Assembly (NCBI GenBank): GCA_964016885.1
Contig: OZ024743.1
Span: 182,776,001-182,840,000, forward strand
Direction: 5' to 3'
Length of the DNA: 64,000 bases
From: Eledone cirrhosa
Lineage: Eukaryota
Every line of letters starts with the position of its first letter. Position 1 is the stretch's first letter. The notes below the pieces were generated by a model. That model was not told where the DNA came from, did no database searches, and saw nothing but the letters and a program-made list of their open reading frames with translations. Below, in pieces: positions 14,501 to 27,155 of this stretch. A program made the translations under genes and the position numbers.

Positions 14501-15116
14501 GTGATGATGATGATAATGACCCGATGCGGTTTGTCCTTGTCCACATTGGCACATTCGGGAAATCCAGACAGTACCTGTCAGACAGTTGAAACCGTCTGAG
14601 CAGGTTAGCGAGGCTTTTACACCCTCCTCCCCTATCCGCTAATCCCACACAGTCCCAGCATGCATCTAAGATCCCGTTCCAGTCGCCCACTAACACTAAA
14701 GAGCGGGACGTTCCAAGAAAGGTCTCCAGACGCCGGAAGAAATCAGGCCGCCCTGCTCCTGTCGGGGCATAGGCGGCCACTAGCCTGAAAGCTTGCCCGT
14801 CTCCGCTGGTCACGTCCAGCACCACCAACTTATCTTCTGGGTCCAGGAAGATGGCCCATATGGAGAGATCCAAACCTCTCCGAAAAAACACAGCAACTCC
14901 TACCCCCCCCCTACCACCCGATCCAGAATGGCTGGGAGATGCGTACATATCATAGCTGCCAAAGATCGGTGCAAAGGCTCGTGCTCCGAAGATTCTGGTC
15001 TCGCTGTTGGCCACCACATCTATGTTTAGTGACCTGAGATCATTGAGCAGGTGACCCTGCTTCCATGACGACCCCAGGCCACGCGCATTTATGCTGCCTA
15101 TTCTGAGTGAGGTCAT
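11560..15116 (-). pseudogene. ORF2 (APE-RT) of Tx1 copy A, disrupted
   Basis: APE motifs SETR, AYAP, GDWN, DH..V, GYWKLN; RT ORFs 12529-13407, 12317-12517, 11878-12336. Confidence 0.9.
13816..14515 (+). mobile_element. Internally deleted RTE LINE with 3' UTR and (GAT)n tail, nested antisense in Tx1 A
   Basis: NTNFKKPDNHLITYRSG..QIDFIL (endonuclease C-end) joined to HVMHMKDD..GRPKKTWDEVIKADL (RTE C-terminus); Tx1 resumes at ATGACCCGATGCGG as in copy B. Confidence 0.85.
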
Positions 15117-15150
15117 GTTGAAATGGAGTGGAAAAGATGGGAAAGACCAC

Positions 15151-17078
15151 TTACCTTACTTCTCGTAGAGGAAGGATGGTTTGTCCATCCTTTTCACTGC
15201 TTGTGGCCTCCTCAGGAAGGATGTCCTTATAAATCCTCCTGGAGAGTGTTTGTCGGAAGTCTCCAATGTCCTTGGGGAACTTTTGTTTTAGTGTCGTGTA
15301 CGTTTTCTGTGTGATGCGAGTGATTTGTATGTGTGGAGGTGGTGTGAACTTTTGGGGTGTTGTGTAGTCTTTTTCTGTGATGCTGGTGTTGTGTTGCATG
15401 TAGTGTAATAATTGGTTGTTGTTCAAATTTAATGCTGTGTAGTGTGTATCGTTTTGGTTGTTTTGTTTTGTTTGCATTTGTTGTGGGTTTGTTTGTTTCG
15501 CTTTTTGGTGATTTTTGTCGTGTTGGTGATGGTGGTTGTGGGGTTAATGATGGTGATGATGTTGGTGTTTGTGGTGATGGGGCTGGTGATGTTGGTGGTG
15601 GCATAGCTGTTGGTTTGCTTATTTGTTTCCCCCTGCATTTTGTTTTTGGAGGGCGAAGGATGAGGATTATTTTCTTTTTGGGGTTCTTTTTTTTTTTTTT
15701 TTTCCCGATACCATTTCCCACTCCTTCTCATCGTCACAATCTGTCTCCAGTTGGGATAGGTTGGGGAATGGAAAATCCTCCACAGGCGTTGGTTTTGGTT
15801 GTGGCATGGTGGATGGTAGAGGCGCTGGTGCTAATTCTGGCGCGGTGGGTGGTGTTGGTTTTGCTACTGTTGCTGGGGTTGTTGCTGCTACAGTTGTTGC
15901 TGCCATATCTGCTGCTGGTGGTGTTGATGGTTGAGTCACTGGGGTCGGTAGGAGAGGTGGCCTCAACTCTTTAGCCTGAGGGCAGAAAGCCTTTAGGTGA
16001 GTTCCTTCACCACAAACGACACACCTAGGCCTTCTATCCTCAACGATTACGGTGAGGTGGCTGCCGTCAGTGAGGTCTATCACCTCTGGAATTTCCTCAA
16101 TGTTTTTTTGGTCCGCTTGGATCAGGAGCTCCATCTCAGATCCGGGCCAGTTCTCCTGCTTTTCTTTTGTTACCTCAATTATTTTCGTGTTGGCCTCGAT
16201 GCCAGCGAGGACGGCAGCCATTAGCCAGGGAAATTTGATGGCCGACGGAACGTGGGTCACCCTGATCTTCACGAGTCTCTGACCACAATAGCTTGGGACG
16301 AGTGTAAACTCGTCACTTCTTAATGGGGCCATGGAGTGCTCTCTGGCTTCCTGTGGGGTTCCAAAGAACACGTCCACGGTTCCATATTTCTGCCCATGTC
16401 TGATATGGTTTCTTTTCGACCACACATTTCCCAAAGCTTTTTGTATCTGGGACTCGGATGCCCATTCCACTCAGCGTGATTTTGTGTTTATCGTCCAATA
16501 TGACACGGTGCATAGGCGCCGATGCTCCATTTTATTAGATGGGGGGGGGGGGTGAGGCTGACCCTGTACCCATCTTTTTTTACCATTCGCTTGGCTTCAT
16601 TCAATTCGTCCTGGCTTACCTCGATCGTTTCGCTTTTCTTGGCTGCTTTGGCAAACGACACATTTTGTTTTGCACTGGTGTTGATGTTGTTGTTATTCTC
16701 ATTGTTGTTGTTGCTGTTTTTGTTATTGTTATTTTTAGTTTCAGTTGTGGTGCTGGTAGTGTCAGTGGTGTTCGGCGTGGAAGAGTCGATTCTGGGTGAA
16801 TCCATTTCGATGTCACGAGATAATAATTTATTTTTTGTTTCTGTTGTCGATGTGGTAGTGGTGGTGGTGGTGGTATCAGTGGTGTCGGTTGTTCTTTTTG
16901 ACATTGTGGTGGTGGCGGCTTTAACACCTGCAGTTATTGGTAATGGCGGGAAATCCAAATCTAAATAATTGAGACAGCTTTTAATTATATTTTCAGTGTT
17001 GGCAACCGTGGCAAGGTTTACAATGGTGGTGGTGGTGGGAGATGTTAGTCTGTTAATAACAAGAGATTTGTCGTCCAT
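15151..17078 (-). pseudogene. ORF1 of Tx1 copy A (frameshifted at homopolymer runs)
   Basis: Consecutive ORF pieces 16488-17192, 15667-16470 and 15151-15477 are colinear with ORF1 of copy B. Confidence 0.8.
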
Positions 17079-17291
17079 GTCTTTTTTCAAAAAATATTTT
17101 GTTTGATAAATAAAAAGTTTAAATTTTGGGCTCAAGGCTCCAATATTATTGAGGGTCCTTTTCAGAAAGCAATAATTTTCCATAACTGGCAATTTGAAAC
17201 AACTGAAAACAACAAACCTTTGTGGAGCTCACGATAATACGATTTCCTACGTAGGTCGCCAATAAAAATAATAATAATAATAATAATAATA

Positions 17292-20200
17292 GTTTCTTTA
17301 TTGGCCTCAAGGGGTAACATGAAGAAAAACATTAGAGACAGCACAGGACGATACAAAGTGAGCTTTGGTCGTGTAAACAGGTTATAACAAAATCAGGCTA
17401 GAAATCAAAAACATTCAAACAACAAAAATTCCCCAAGAAGGGGAAAACCTCCGAGGGTCACTCGTGGTGAAAACCACACAAGACCACGGCCACCCTGACC
17501 ACCAGGGCAAGCGCCCTCTCTTACTTTTTCCACTCCTCATACTCAGAGCGGGCCCGTTCACTCGGACCAGACTCACCACTTTCACCCACGTTTCAACAAA
17601 TTTACTAGAAGACAGCACTTGCCTCTCCACCCTGATTTTACTCTTCAAGTGAAACTTGAAAAAGTTAATCAGGGATTGGCCGGAGGCCAGTACGTACAGG
17701 AGGGACGAGAGGGGGCAACCCTGGCGGACCGAGCACATGATGTTGAAAGGTTGCGACAGGTGACCATTTTTCCTCACAATCGAGCAGATGTCGCTGTGCA
17801 TCGCAGCGATCCAGCCCCTAAAAACGGGCCCGAAGTCAGCAGCCTCGACGACCTCAGCCAGGGTCTGATGGTCGACCCTATCAAATGCTTTAGATTGATC
17901 CAAGTTGATCAGGGCTCCACCCGTGCCAGGTTCCTTAACCACCCTCTCTATGATGTATTGCATGAGATGGAGGTTGTCGTGGACGGATCTGTCTGGAATG
18001 GCGCATGTCTGCGCCCCTCCCACCAGATCACCGACGGCAAGCACCAATCTCTTTGCTAACACCTTGGCCAAAATCTTAAACTCTGCGTTTAACAGAGTTA
18101 TGGGCCTGAAGATGTCTATAACGTCTCCCTTGTTCGGGTCTTTTCTCAGCAGTGCCACCGCTCCCCGGCTCACAAGACTGGGAATGCTCTCGTTCTACTG
18201 CCAGTTGCAGTAGACATCTGCCAAGTCTGGCATATACGCATAAAGCTCGTAGGGCAGACCATCCAAACCTGGTGATTTACCCCTTGTGCAGTCAGACATC
18301 GCTTCCCGTATTTCACCTGCTGTTATTGACTTTTTGCAGCACTGCGCTGCAGTCGTCGAGAGCCGTTGCAGTCCATCGAGGTATGCACCGAAGTCCATAC
18401 TCCGATCCAGCTCGCTGCTGCTCCCGAACAATTGAGCAAAGTGCTGTTGAAAAGCCGCACACATCTGCTCAGGTTCGAGCAACATACACCCGTTTTCATC
18501 AAGCAAAGACCGAATTGTGGACTTGTTGCCATGTCGCGCCTCCACCACCCGGGCCCATTGAACAGCTTTCGTCCCCTCGTGTCTCAGAGCACGCGCTCTA
18601 GCACTGACAACGCAGCCTTCATGCTTTGTGTTGAAGAATTGGTTGAGTGCCAATCTCACCGCAAGCACGTCGGTTGCGATGCCTGTCCTAAACACCTCTT
18701 CTAGCTTTCTAACTAACTCTCCCTCTACTCTATTTTCCTCTATCACTACTCCTTTGCTAAACCTTATAGATTCTACTCTAATAGCCCTTTTCAGGGTAAA
18801 CCACCACCTGTTGTTGACGATCGCACCCGTCAATGCATGCTTAACTAATTCGCTAATCCGGCCTCTGTAAGCTTTGCACGCCGGGAACGACGCGTTCAGC
18901 GTCTAGTAGCCGGGCCCTTGACTATGGAGTCTAAGTCAACTTCACAGATCACAAATTTGTGGTCCGTGTAATCAACTACTTTAAATTGTGGACAACCTAC
19001 ACTAGCCTTATCTGTTTCCCTACAGAATACCCTATCTAAATACAATATGGATGACCCGATGCGGTTTGCCCATGTCCACATTGGCACATTCGGATAATCC
19101 AGTCTATACCTGTCAGACAGTTCAAAACGTCTAAGCAGGTTGTTGAGGCCTTTACACCCTCCTGCCCTGTCTACTAGCCCCACATAATCCCAGCGTGCTT
19201 CTAAGATACCGTTCCAGTCGCCCACTTACACTAAAGAGCGGCACATTACAAGAAAGGTCTCTAGACCTGTTGGGGCATAGACGGCTACTAGCCTGAAAGC
19301 ATTGCCTTCGCTGCAATCACGTCCAGCACCACCAACTTACCTTCTGGGTCCAGGAAGATGGCCCGAATGGCGAGATCCAAGTGTCTCCGAAAAAGCACGG
19401 CAACACCTCCCCCCGATCCTCAACAGCTGGGAGATGCGTATACATCGTAGCTGCCGAAGATCGATGTGAAAGCTCGTGCTTCGGAGATTCTGGTCTCACT
19501 GATGGCCACCACATCTATGTTTAGTGACCCGAGTTCGTTGAGCAGGTGACCCTGCTTCCAAGATGAACCCAGGCCATGTACATTTATACTGCCTGTTCTA
19601 AGTACGGCCATGTTAGATGAGAAACAGGGTAAGTGAGAAAGGATCACTTACCTTGCTCGTGCGGTGAAGGGACAGTAGAACCATCCCTTTGGCTTGTCAT
19701 GGGTGTTTCCAAGAGGATGTCGGTGTATATCCTCTTGGTAACCGACCCTCTGAAGTCTCCAATTGCATTGGGGAATTTTTCTTTTCATAGTTTGTAATGT
19801 TCTATTTTGATTTCAATTATGCTTATGTTTTTTCGGGAGAGTTCTTGGTGTTGGTGGAGCGTAGTAGTTTTTTTCTGTGATGTCTGTGTGCTGCTTCATA
19901 TATTGTAAGAGTTCTTTATTTGCTATGTTTATGGCTGTGTACTTTTTGGGGGGAGGGGTGATTTTGTTGCTGTTTTCTTGTTGCTGTTGGGTGTGTGTGT
20001 TTTGTTGTGTTTGCGATGTTGGTGTTATTGGTGATGCTGGTGGTGGTGGTGATACTTGTGGTGGTGATACTTGTGGTGGTGATGGTGATGGTGTTGCTGC
20101 AAGTCTCCTTGCAGCCTTTACCCCTCTTTGTTTGCCTTCGCTTTTGGACGGTGAAGCTAAGGGGTTTTTTCTTTTTTTTTTTTTTTTGTGGCAGACCGTT

Positions 20201-21571
20201 TGCCACTTCCCTCCCACCTTATACTCCATGTCGGATTCCGTGGCACCTGGGAGGGGTATGAGCTCCACTGCTGTTATTGGTGGTAGTGGAGCCCACTCCG
20301 GCAATTTTGCCGCCAGTGTAGCTACTGCGACTGTTGGTGTTGCTGCCACTGCTTCTTTAGTTATCCATGGCCTTGATATGGGTGCTATAGACGTTGCCCT
20401 CCTACTCATCATGGAAGGGTCTTCAGCCTCTGTTGCCTGCCCTGCTCTTGGTATCAACGGATCAGGCGTCGGAAGGAGGGGGCCACGTTCTTGGCTGTCT
20501 TCTGCGGGCAGAAGGCCCTGAGGTGACACTTCTGCCCACAGAGATAGCACTTTGGCCGCCTTCCTTCCATGCTTATAGGGAGTTGGAGTTCGAGGTCACT
20601 TTGACCCTCACAATTTTCTGCCCGCAGTAGGAGGGCACCAAGACCTATCTCCTCACTCTTTAGGGGTTCCAAATAGTACTTTTTGCCTCGGAAGATGTGG
20701 CTTTGCGCGCCCAGACGAACCCCAAGGCCTTTTGGATTTGAGCCTCCGTGGCTCTCTCCACCCGATGTGACATCTTGCTTACGGTGCGGTAAGTCACCGT
20801 GCGCAGCTGCTGGTCTTTGAAGAAATCGGGTGGAGTTTCAGGGAAACTCTATTGTCGTTTCTCGATACCATGGCCCTTGCGACTGCCATCTCCTCCTCCG
20901 TGACTAGCACTGTCTCTATTTTTCGAGCCACACCTGTGAAAGAAGTGGGCCCTTTTTCAGCGGCACCATTATTGCTGCCGCTACTGGTCTTGTTGTTGGT
21001 GCTGTTGCTGTTGCTACAAACGGTGTTGTTGGTGTTGTTGCTGTTATCACTGTTGTAGTTGGTTGTGTTTTTGGTGCCACCGTTGTTTTTTTTTTCGGTG
21101 CAATTTGTATTGTTGCTGTTGGTGTTGTCGTTTATTTTCTTGTTAGTGGTGTTAATATCGTTGTTGCATTTGTTGTCATTTTTTTCTGTTGTCTGTATTT
21201 TGGTTGACGCTGTTCTTGTAGTTGGTGTGGTAATTTTTTTTAAATTCATGTTCTCAGTGTTGTTGTCTTTATTCACATTGTTTGTGGTGGTGTTTGTTGT
21301 ATGAATTTCTGTAACCCTCCTCTCAACTTTTATGCCATTGTCACACGACAGCAGACATATTGTTGGGGGGCATAGCTCAGCCATGTTTTTTTTTTATTTT
21401 TAAAAGTAAAATGTTCAAATATTAATCAAATATTTGGGTCAAAAGGCCCAAATATTATACTTTCCCCTTCACAGGGCAAAATCCAAGGGCTTATATCCCT
21501 TACACAACAAATAATTATAACGGTAAATAAAGCGACTTACTGGGAGCAAGCAAAAAGCGTCCGAACAGACC
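17292..21571 (-). mobile_element. Tx1/L1-clade LINE copy B (5'-intact, large internal RT deletion near 17680)
   Basis: CYLCGQKCHLRAFC knuckle; ORF2 start MAVLRTGSINVHGL at 19611; VRQGCPLS jumps directly to the C-terminal segment; 3' AATAAAGAAACT(ATT)n. Confidence 0.93.
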
Positions 21572-21773
21572 AATAATAATAATAATTGTTTCTACATTTG
21601 GCACAAGGCCAGCAATTACTCAGTGTATTACTGGTACTTTATTTTATCGACCCCATCAGGATGAAAGGCAAAGTTAACCTCGGCGGGATTTGAACTCAGA
21701 ATGGAAAGGGGCGTAACTCTATGCGTCAAAGTATGGCGTCCGACCCTTTACTGATACTGCCAATCCACCGCCC
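21572..21773 (-). mobile_element. SINE family A (tRNA-like head, Meta-like core, (ATT)n tail)
   Basis: GGCGGTGGATTGGCAGTATC..GAGTTCAAATCCCGCCGAGGTTAACTTTGCCTTTCATCC..GTCGATAAAATAAAAGTACCAG..GGCCTTGTGCCAAATGTAGAAACAATTATT. Confidence 0.85.
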
Positions 21774-22325
21774 TTTATAATAATAATAATAATAATAACA
21801 ATGTGCACATACACACAGATAATAGCCCTACTGGGCACAACACACATTATGAAACACACTCTGAATACAATAGAAATAACACTGCACATACCCAAGGAAC
21901 ACAGCTGTGCTCGGTAATGCTGTGTGGGCACACAGTAAAATTAAAACTGATGATGATGATGATAAGGGGATAAAGCTCACTTAGCCCACACTGTAAGGTG
22001 CTATAATAAAAAGCACTCAGTCCATCCTGTAAGGTAGTGCTGGTGCCATGACAAAAAAGCACCCAGTCCACTCTGTAAGGTGATAGTGCTGATGCCACGA
22101 CAAAAACATCCAGTCCATCCTGTAAGGTGGTAGTGCCTGAGTTATGATAAAATGCTCTGAGTACACGCTGTAAAGTGGTTGGCATTAGGAAGGGTATCCC
22201 ACCATAGAAAGTAAGCCAACAGTGGAACATATGGACAAGATTTAGTCACCTGACAATCTAACTTCAGTATGTGGCAATCCGTCTAACCCATGCAAGCATG
22301 TAAAATAGACATTAAACTATGTTGA

Positions 22326-22371
<46 letters not shown>

Positions 22372-22589
22372 AGGGAGTGAAACGTGAAGTTACTGTAGGT
22401 TCACCCAGGTGAGCACTCGATGTTTAGGTTCACGTCAGTGGTGAGGTGTAGAGTTAGATAGAGTGTAATATAGCAAAACACGCGTCACCAATCAATAAAC
22501 GTAATGAAGGCTTAACAAATCGTCATTGTTGATGTCAGCCCTTGTGGCCAATAAAGAAATCATTATTATTATTATTATATATATATATA

Positions 22590-22720
22590 ACGGCAGTGAA
22601 TTGACAGTATCGGTAGAGGGTTGGACGCCATGCTTTGACGCATAGAGTTACGGCCCTTGCCATTCTGAGTTCAAATCCCGTCAAGATTAACTTTGCCTTC
22701 CATCCTTACGGGGTCGATAT
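22590..22720 (+). mobile_element. SINE family A, 3'-truncated
   Basis: Matches head and core of 21572-21773. Confidence 0.75.
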
Positions 22721-22779
22721 GCCGGTGTACTTAGTGTCACGAATGATCAGCATCTTGTGTCATCCGATGATATATATAT

Positions 22780-23120
22780 GGAGGCACATGGCTTAGTGGT
22801 TAGAGCATTGGCCTTGCAATCGAAAGGTTGTGAGTTCAATTCTCAGACCGGGTGATGTGTTGTTTCCTTGAGCAAGACACTTTATTTCACATTGCTCCAG
22901 TTTACTCAGCTGTAGAAATGAGATGATAGAGACTGGGGTCCATAAAGTGGTCGTGCAGGTGCCACGGCAAAAAAAGCACCCAGCACTCACTGTAAATGAG
23001 GTTGGTGTTAGGAAGGGCATCTAGCTGTAGAAATCAAGCCAGAATCAGTTCCCGTCCCACCCTTGCAAGCAAGGAAAAAGCCGACGTAAAATGAAATGAT
23101 GAAATGATGATGAAATGATT
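22780..23120 (+). mobile_element. SINE family B (tRNA head, CORE/V-like body, RTE-like tail)
   Basis: A box TGGCTTAGTGG, B-box-like GAGTTCAATTC, CCTTGAGCAAGACACTT body; near-identical to 33680-34020 and 35967-36312. Confidence 0.9.
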
Positions 23121-23650
23121 CTTCATCTTGTGTAATCCAATGCCTTGATGTGGTGTTGAGTTCTCGGTTGATCATTGCAGCATGCAGATCCATTCCTCTG
23201 AAGCCTATGTTCATCTCAATGATTGACTTCCTGGTGATATACAGTTGGCCAACTCATCTTTTTGCATCCAGAGACAAGAGGAGCAATCTTCCAGCATATT
23301 CATCATGGTGAGTGACATGGCTGACAAGGACCAGACAATGCCTTTCAACATCAGAGATGCAAGGCAGGGATCTATAGAGAGAATTATTTGTTGGATGACA
23401 TCTCCAGGAGACATTGTATGCCAAGCGTAACATTCAGGTATATGTACCATCGAATCTTTTGCGGCAAATAGCATTCAACGTCCATGACTCCATACAGAAG
23501 GATCATTTCTATAAAAGCCAGAAGATACCCTAGTTTTTGTGTCCTTTTGGACGGTTGCCTTCCACACCTTCGGCTAACAGTGAAGTGCACTCCACAACTA
23601 AGTAATCTGAGTGGTTACACTGACTCTGGGGCCATGACATGGATGTCAGG
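23120..23650 (-). mobile_element. Decayed RTE-type LINE 3' fragment
   Basis: Frameshifted AFIEMILLYG/ESWTLN-like post-RT motif. Confidence 0.45.
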
Positions 23651-23979
23651 ATATAATATTTATATATACTATAAATGAGACTGTATATATGTATGTGTGT
23701 ATATGTGTATATGTGTATGTCTCTCAAAGGCTCCGAAATGGTGCATCACAGAGAAAGACGGTTTTCATTTTCGAAACTGCGTCCCAATGAGAATGTTTTA
23801 GGGTTGTTATTTATAAAAAAAATGTAATTGTTACGAGATATAAATCAACTTCAAGATCGCCAATACAGAATATCATTAGAATCCACAACTGTCAGAATAC
23901 CTCTCTCTGTATGTTACGCTTTTCAGCAATGTATCATAATACAGGATGCCAGTCCATCGCAGGGTAAACCTCCAGCTAT

Positions 23980-24158
23980 TGGCAGTATTGGTAGAGGGTT
24001 GGATGCCATGCTTTGACGCAGAGATACGGCCCTTGCCATTCTGAGTTCAAATCCCGCCGAGGTTAACTTTACCTTTCATCCTTACGGGGTCGATAAAATA
24101 AGTACCAGTAATGCACTGGGTAATTGCTGGCCTTGTGCCAAAAGTAGAAACAATTATT
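23980..24158 (+). mobile_element. SINE family A
   Basis: Core and AAACAATTATT tail. Confidence 0.85.
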
Positions 24159-25595
24159 ACTGGTACTAATTTTCAGCTGAGTATACTGGACCAACATGAA
24201 ATAAAGTGTTTTGCTCAGGAAAACAAAACAACCCAGTTGAGGAATCGAACCCACTGTATTATGATCAGAAGTCCAACACCCTTACCACTAGGCCATGCAC
24301 CTCCACGTTTATCACATATCCCAACTACTCAATTATTTTATCTACCCATTTCTCTGTTTATATTACCTATATTGTCATTTCTAACAACCCAGTACTTATA
24401 CCTATGTACCTTACCTGTGAGAAGATTGACTGATGTTCTGCTACATAACTCTTGCATGTAGCACACAGCCCTGCTCAAGCATCTCTAAAATGTTACTGGA
24501 CCTATCTTTCATTGAGGTAATGGTGATTGTTGTGATCCTAATGCAGAGAGGACTAAGTGTCTGGTTTACTGTGTCTTCTGCCTTTGTAAGTAAGAGAATG
24601 TGTGATTACTTGGCTACAAATAGTCACCTGATACACAGAAGTGGTTTTCATTGAAGGATGCTCGTTACCACCACTAATGACCCAAATAACAGAGGTATGA
24701 GTGGGCTGAGACTGTGACAGCCATCAAGGTTTAAACAGACTTCATCAGTAGTCGAGGAAATGGTTTAAAATGTTGGCAACAAAGTGGGGGGGGGGGGGGG
24801 GCTTGAATAAGAATCCTTCCTTCGATCTCATTTCCTCCATTTGACATTACTATAACCTATAAACAACATAAATATTAAAATGTGTTGTCTAGTGTATTTT
24901 GTAATTTACATTGTTAACATTATTTCTAACACCCAATGAAAATGTATTTAGTACTTTGTAGATACGAAACTAAAAAATACACTTCCATTTTCCAGGTATA
25001 AGAAGATATTAAATCAACCAGGTGAGACAGTCCAATATAAGAGTTCTATAAAACAATATTTGCCTAAGGCTCTCTCATATGATTTGCACCTTTTATTGTC
25101 GTGTTTTTTCCTTACAGTTTAATTTACTTTCATGTTGTTATCATTTAATTATACCTAAAGTAAAACGCCATAACTAGTTTAGAGCGCCTGGCTTTATTTC
25201 TTCACAATTTTAAGGTATTTTTTTGTGAATTTATGTAGGGATAGGTTTTATCTAGTATGTAGATGTATGGGTGGAGATAGTTTTAATTTTATTCACAGTT
25301 GTATAAATAACATTACAAATTGTTTAAATTCTTACACAATGAAAATGTAGACATATAATATATACCATATTTGTGAGGTTCCTAGCAATAATTAATTTTA
25401 TTTATGTGTGTTTACATCTTTATACCGTGAGAACTATAAACAATTTGTATTGTTATTTATACAACTGTGAACTTCAGTAAATAAAATTTATTAATTCAAT
25501 ACTTAATTACATAAATATTCCACCTGAGTTTTCACTAAGCTAAATGTGAACACAAATGTCTTCCCCGTCACTTCCAGTGTCATCTTAATTAATAA

Positions 25596-26229
25596 CTAGC
25601 CGAATTACCCACGCCTTGCTGCGTTTAAAACATTTTTTTTTTTTTTTTTGTAAGAAAATGATGATTGATTTTAAATCAGTGATATAATTTATGGAGAAAA
25701 ACTCTGCATTTCAATATTACTCAATGTAAAATGTAATGCATTTTTTGTAATATATCAAATCAAAATTACATTATTAAATCTTATTCTTATTTTGTTTCTT
25801 GTAAATAATTTTTTTTTAAATATCAATTCAAAACTTGATCATTTCATTTTTGTGTAAAGCATTATTTTCAAATTAGAAATTCAAAGTTCCAATACTCAAG
25901 TTATGGGCTTCCAAAAGTTTCGCTATAGGGGTTTAACCCGTTAGGGTGTCTTAATATTATTGAAATTTGCTGAAATTCTGTAAATAGGCATCGTATCTTG
26001 TCATTTACCTATGGTTTAAATTTCATATAAATCGAAGGGAAAAAAATTTCAGCGGGGGTTTGTGCCCTCGGGGGAACCTTTTGATTAAAATGAAATATAC
26101 TTATCAAGTACCCTGGGAAATGTAGCTTCAGAATATATATGGTTGGGGGGGGGGTCTATCTCCAAAACCATAGGAGTTCGTGAAACCAAACAAACAGACA
26201 AGAACTACAAGTTTATATATATATAGAGA
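25596..26229 (-). mobile_element. Non-autonomous Helitron
   Basis: Minus strand A|TCTCTATATATATAAA ... ACGC-agcaag-GCGT hairpin ... CTAG|T. Confidence 0.7.
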
Positions 26230-26804
26230 TAGCAATCAAAATAATGTCACAGATCCTGGAACGAAATGTTTATTCTACAATTAGGAATACGAAAAAATAA
26301 ATTTCTCCCCCTTTTTTTTTTTTTTAATTATCAACACTGTCGCTATCTACACCAAAAACGTGCCTCTAATGAAAGACATTGCTTGTAATTTTAAATAATT
26401 TTGAAAATTAGCAAAAATTTGGAGTGATTTTATAATATAATTTTCACGTTATTAAACTGGTGTCTGGAACATAACAAATATTCTTACACAAAATTTGGGG
26501 GAGGCAGCAGAAAGGATCTCTTGTTGGCTTTGGAGCAGGAAAGAGAGATGGGTAATAATTTGGTCACCACTGCTGACCCACCAGCGAGAGGGTGATGTGG
26601 TCCAGGGTCAAAATACTCAATATACGTTGGACACCGTCTGATGACATCGGCCAAGACAAGGTTTACCGAAGATGAATGAATGTGAATCAACTTCTTGAAG
26701 ATGTAATTATGCCTGATTGAGGGTTTTTAGATAAATATAAACCTTTTAAAATAAACAGTTTTGTATAATAGAACTAGTGGTTTGGTATGGAAATAAAAAA
26801 AAAG

Positions 26805-27155
26805 TTATAATAAATAATTGTTTCTACTTTTGGCACAAGGCCGGCAATTACCCAGTACATTACTGGTACTTTATTTTATCGACCCCGTAAGGATGAAAGG
26901 CAAAATTAACCTCGGCGGGATTTGAACTTAGACCGTAAAGGGACGTAACTACGCTGAAAAGTTATAATAAATAATTGTTTCTACTTTTGGCACAAGGCCA
27001 GCAATTTCCTAGTGTATTACTGGTACTTTATTTTATCGATCCCGTAAGGATGAAAGGCAAAGTTAACCTCGGCGGGATTTGAACTCAGACCGTAAAGGGA
27101 CGTAACTCTATGCTTCAAAGCATGGTGTCCGACTCTCTACCGATACTGCCAATCC
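26805..27155 (-). mobile_element. Tandemly duplicated SINE family A
   Basis: Two consecutive copies, each starting AAAAGTTATAATAAATAATTGTTTCTACTTTTGGCAC. Confidence 0.85.

Larger units (their letters stand above)
11260..17260 (-). mobile_element. Tx1/L1-clade LINE copy A (5'-intact, decayed, interrupted at ~13816-14515)
   Basis: ORF1 with CCHC knuckle CVVCGEGTHLKAFC; ORF2 APE start MTSLRIGSINARGL at 15116; RT motifs FRPITLLNTEFKILAKVLAKRL, LDQSKAFDRVDH, AYVDD; 3' AATAAAGAAAGC(ATT)n. Confidence 0.93.

Noticed and set aside
15432-21304. Plus-strand Val/Gly/Leu-rich ORFs resembling membrane proteins
   Set aside because: Antisense shadows of low-complexity Tx1 ORF1
22780-22850. tRNA gene (also near 33960 and 35967)
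   Set aside because: tRNA-derived SINE heads running into SINE bodies; no closed acceptor stem or terminator
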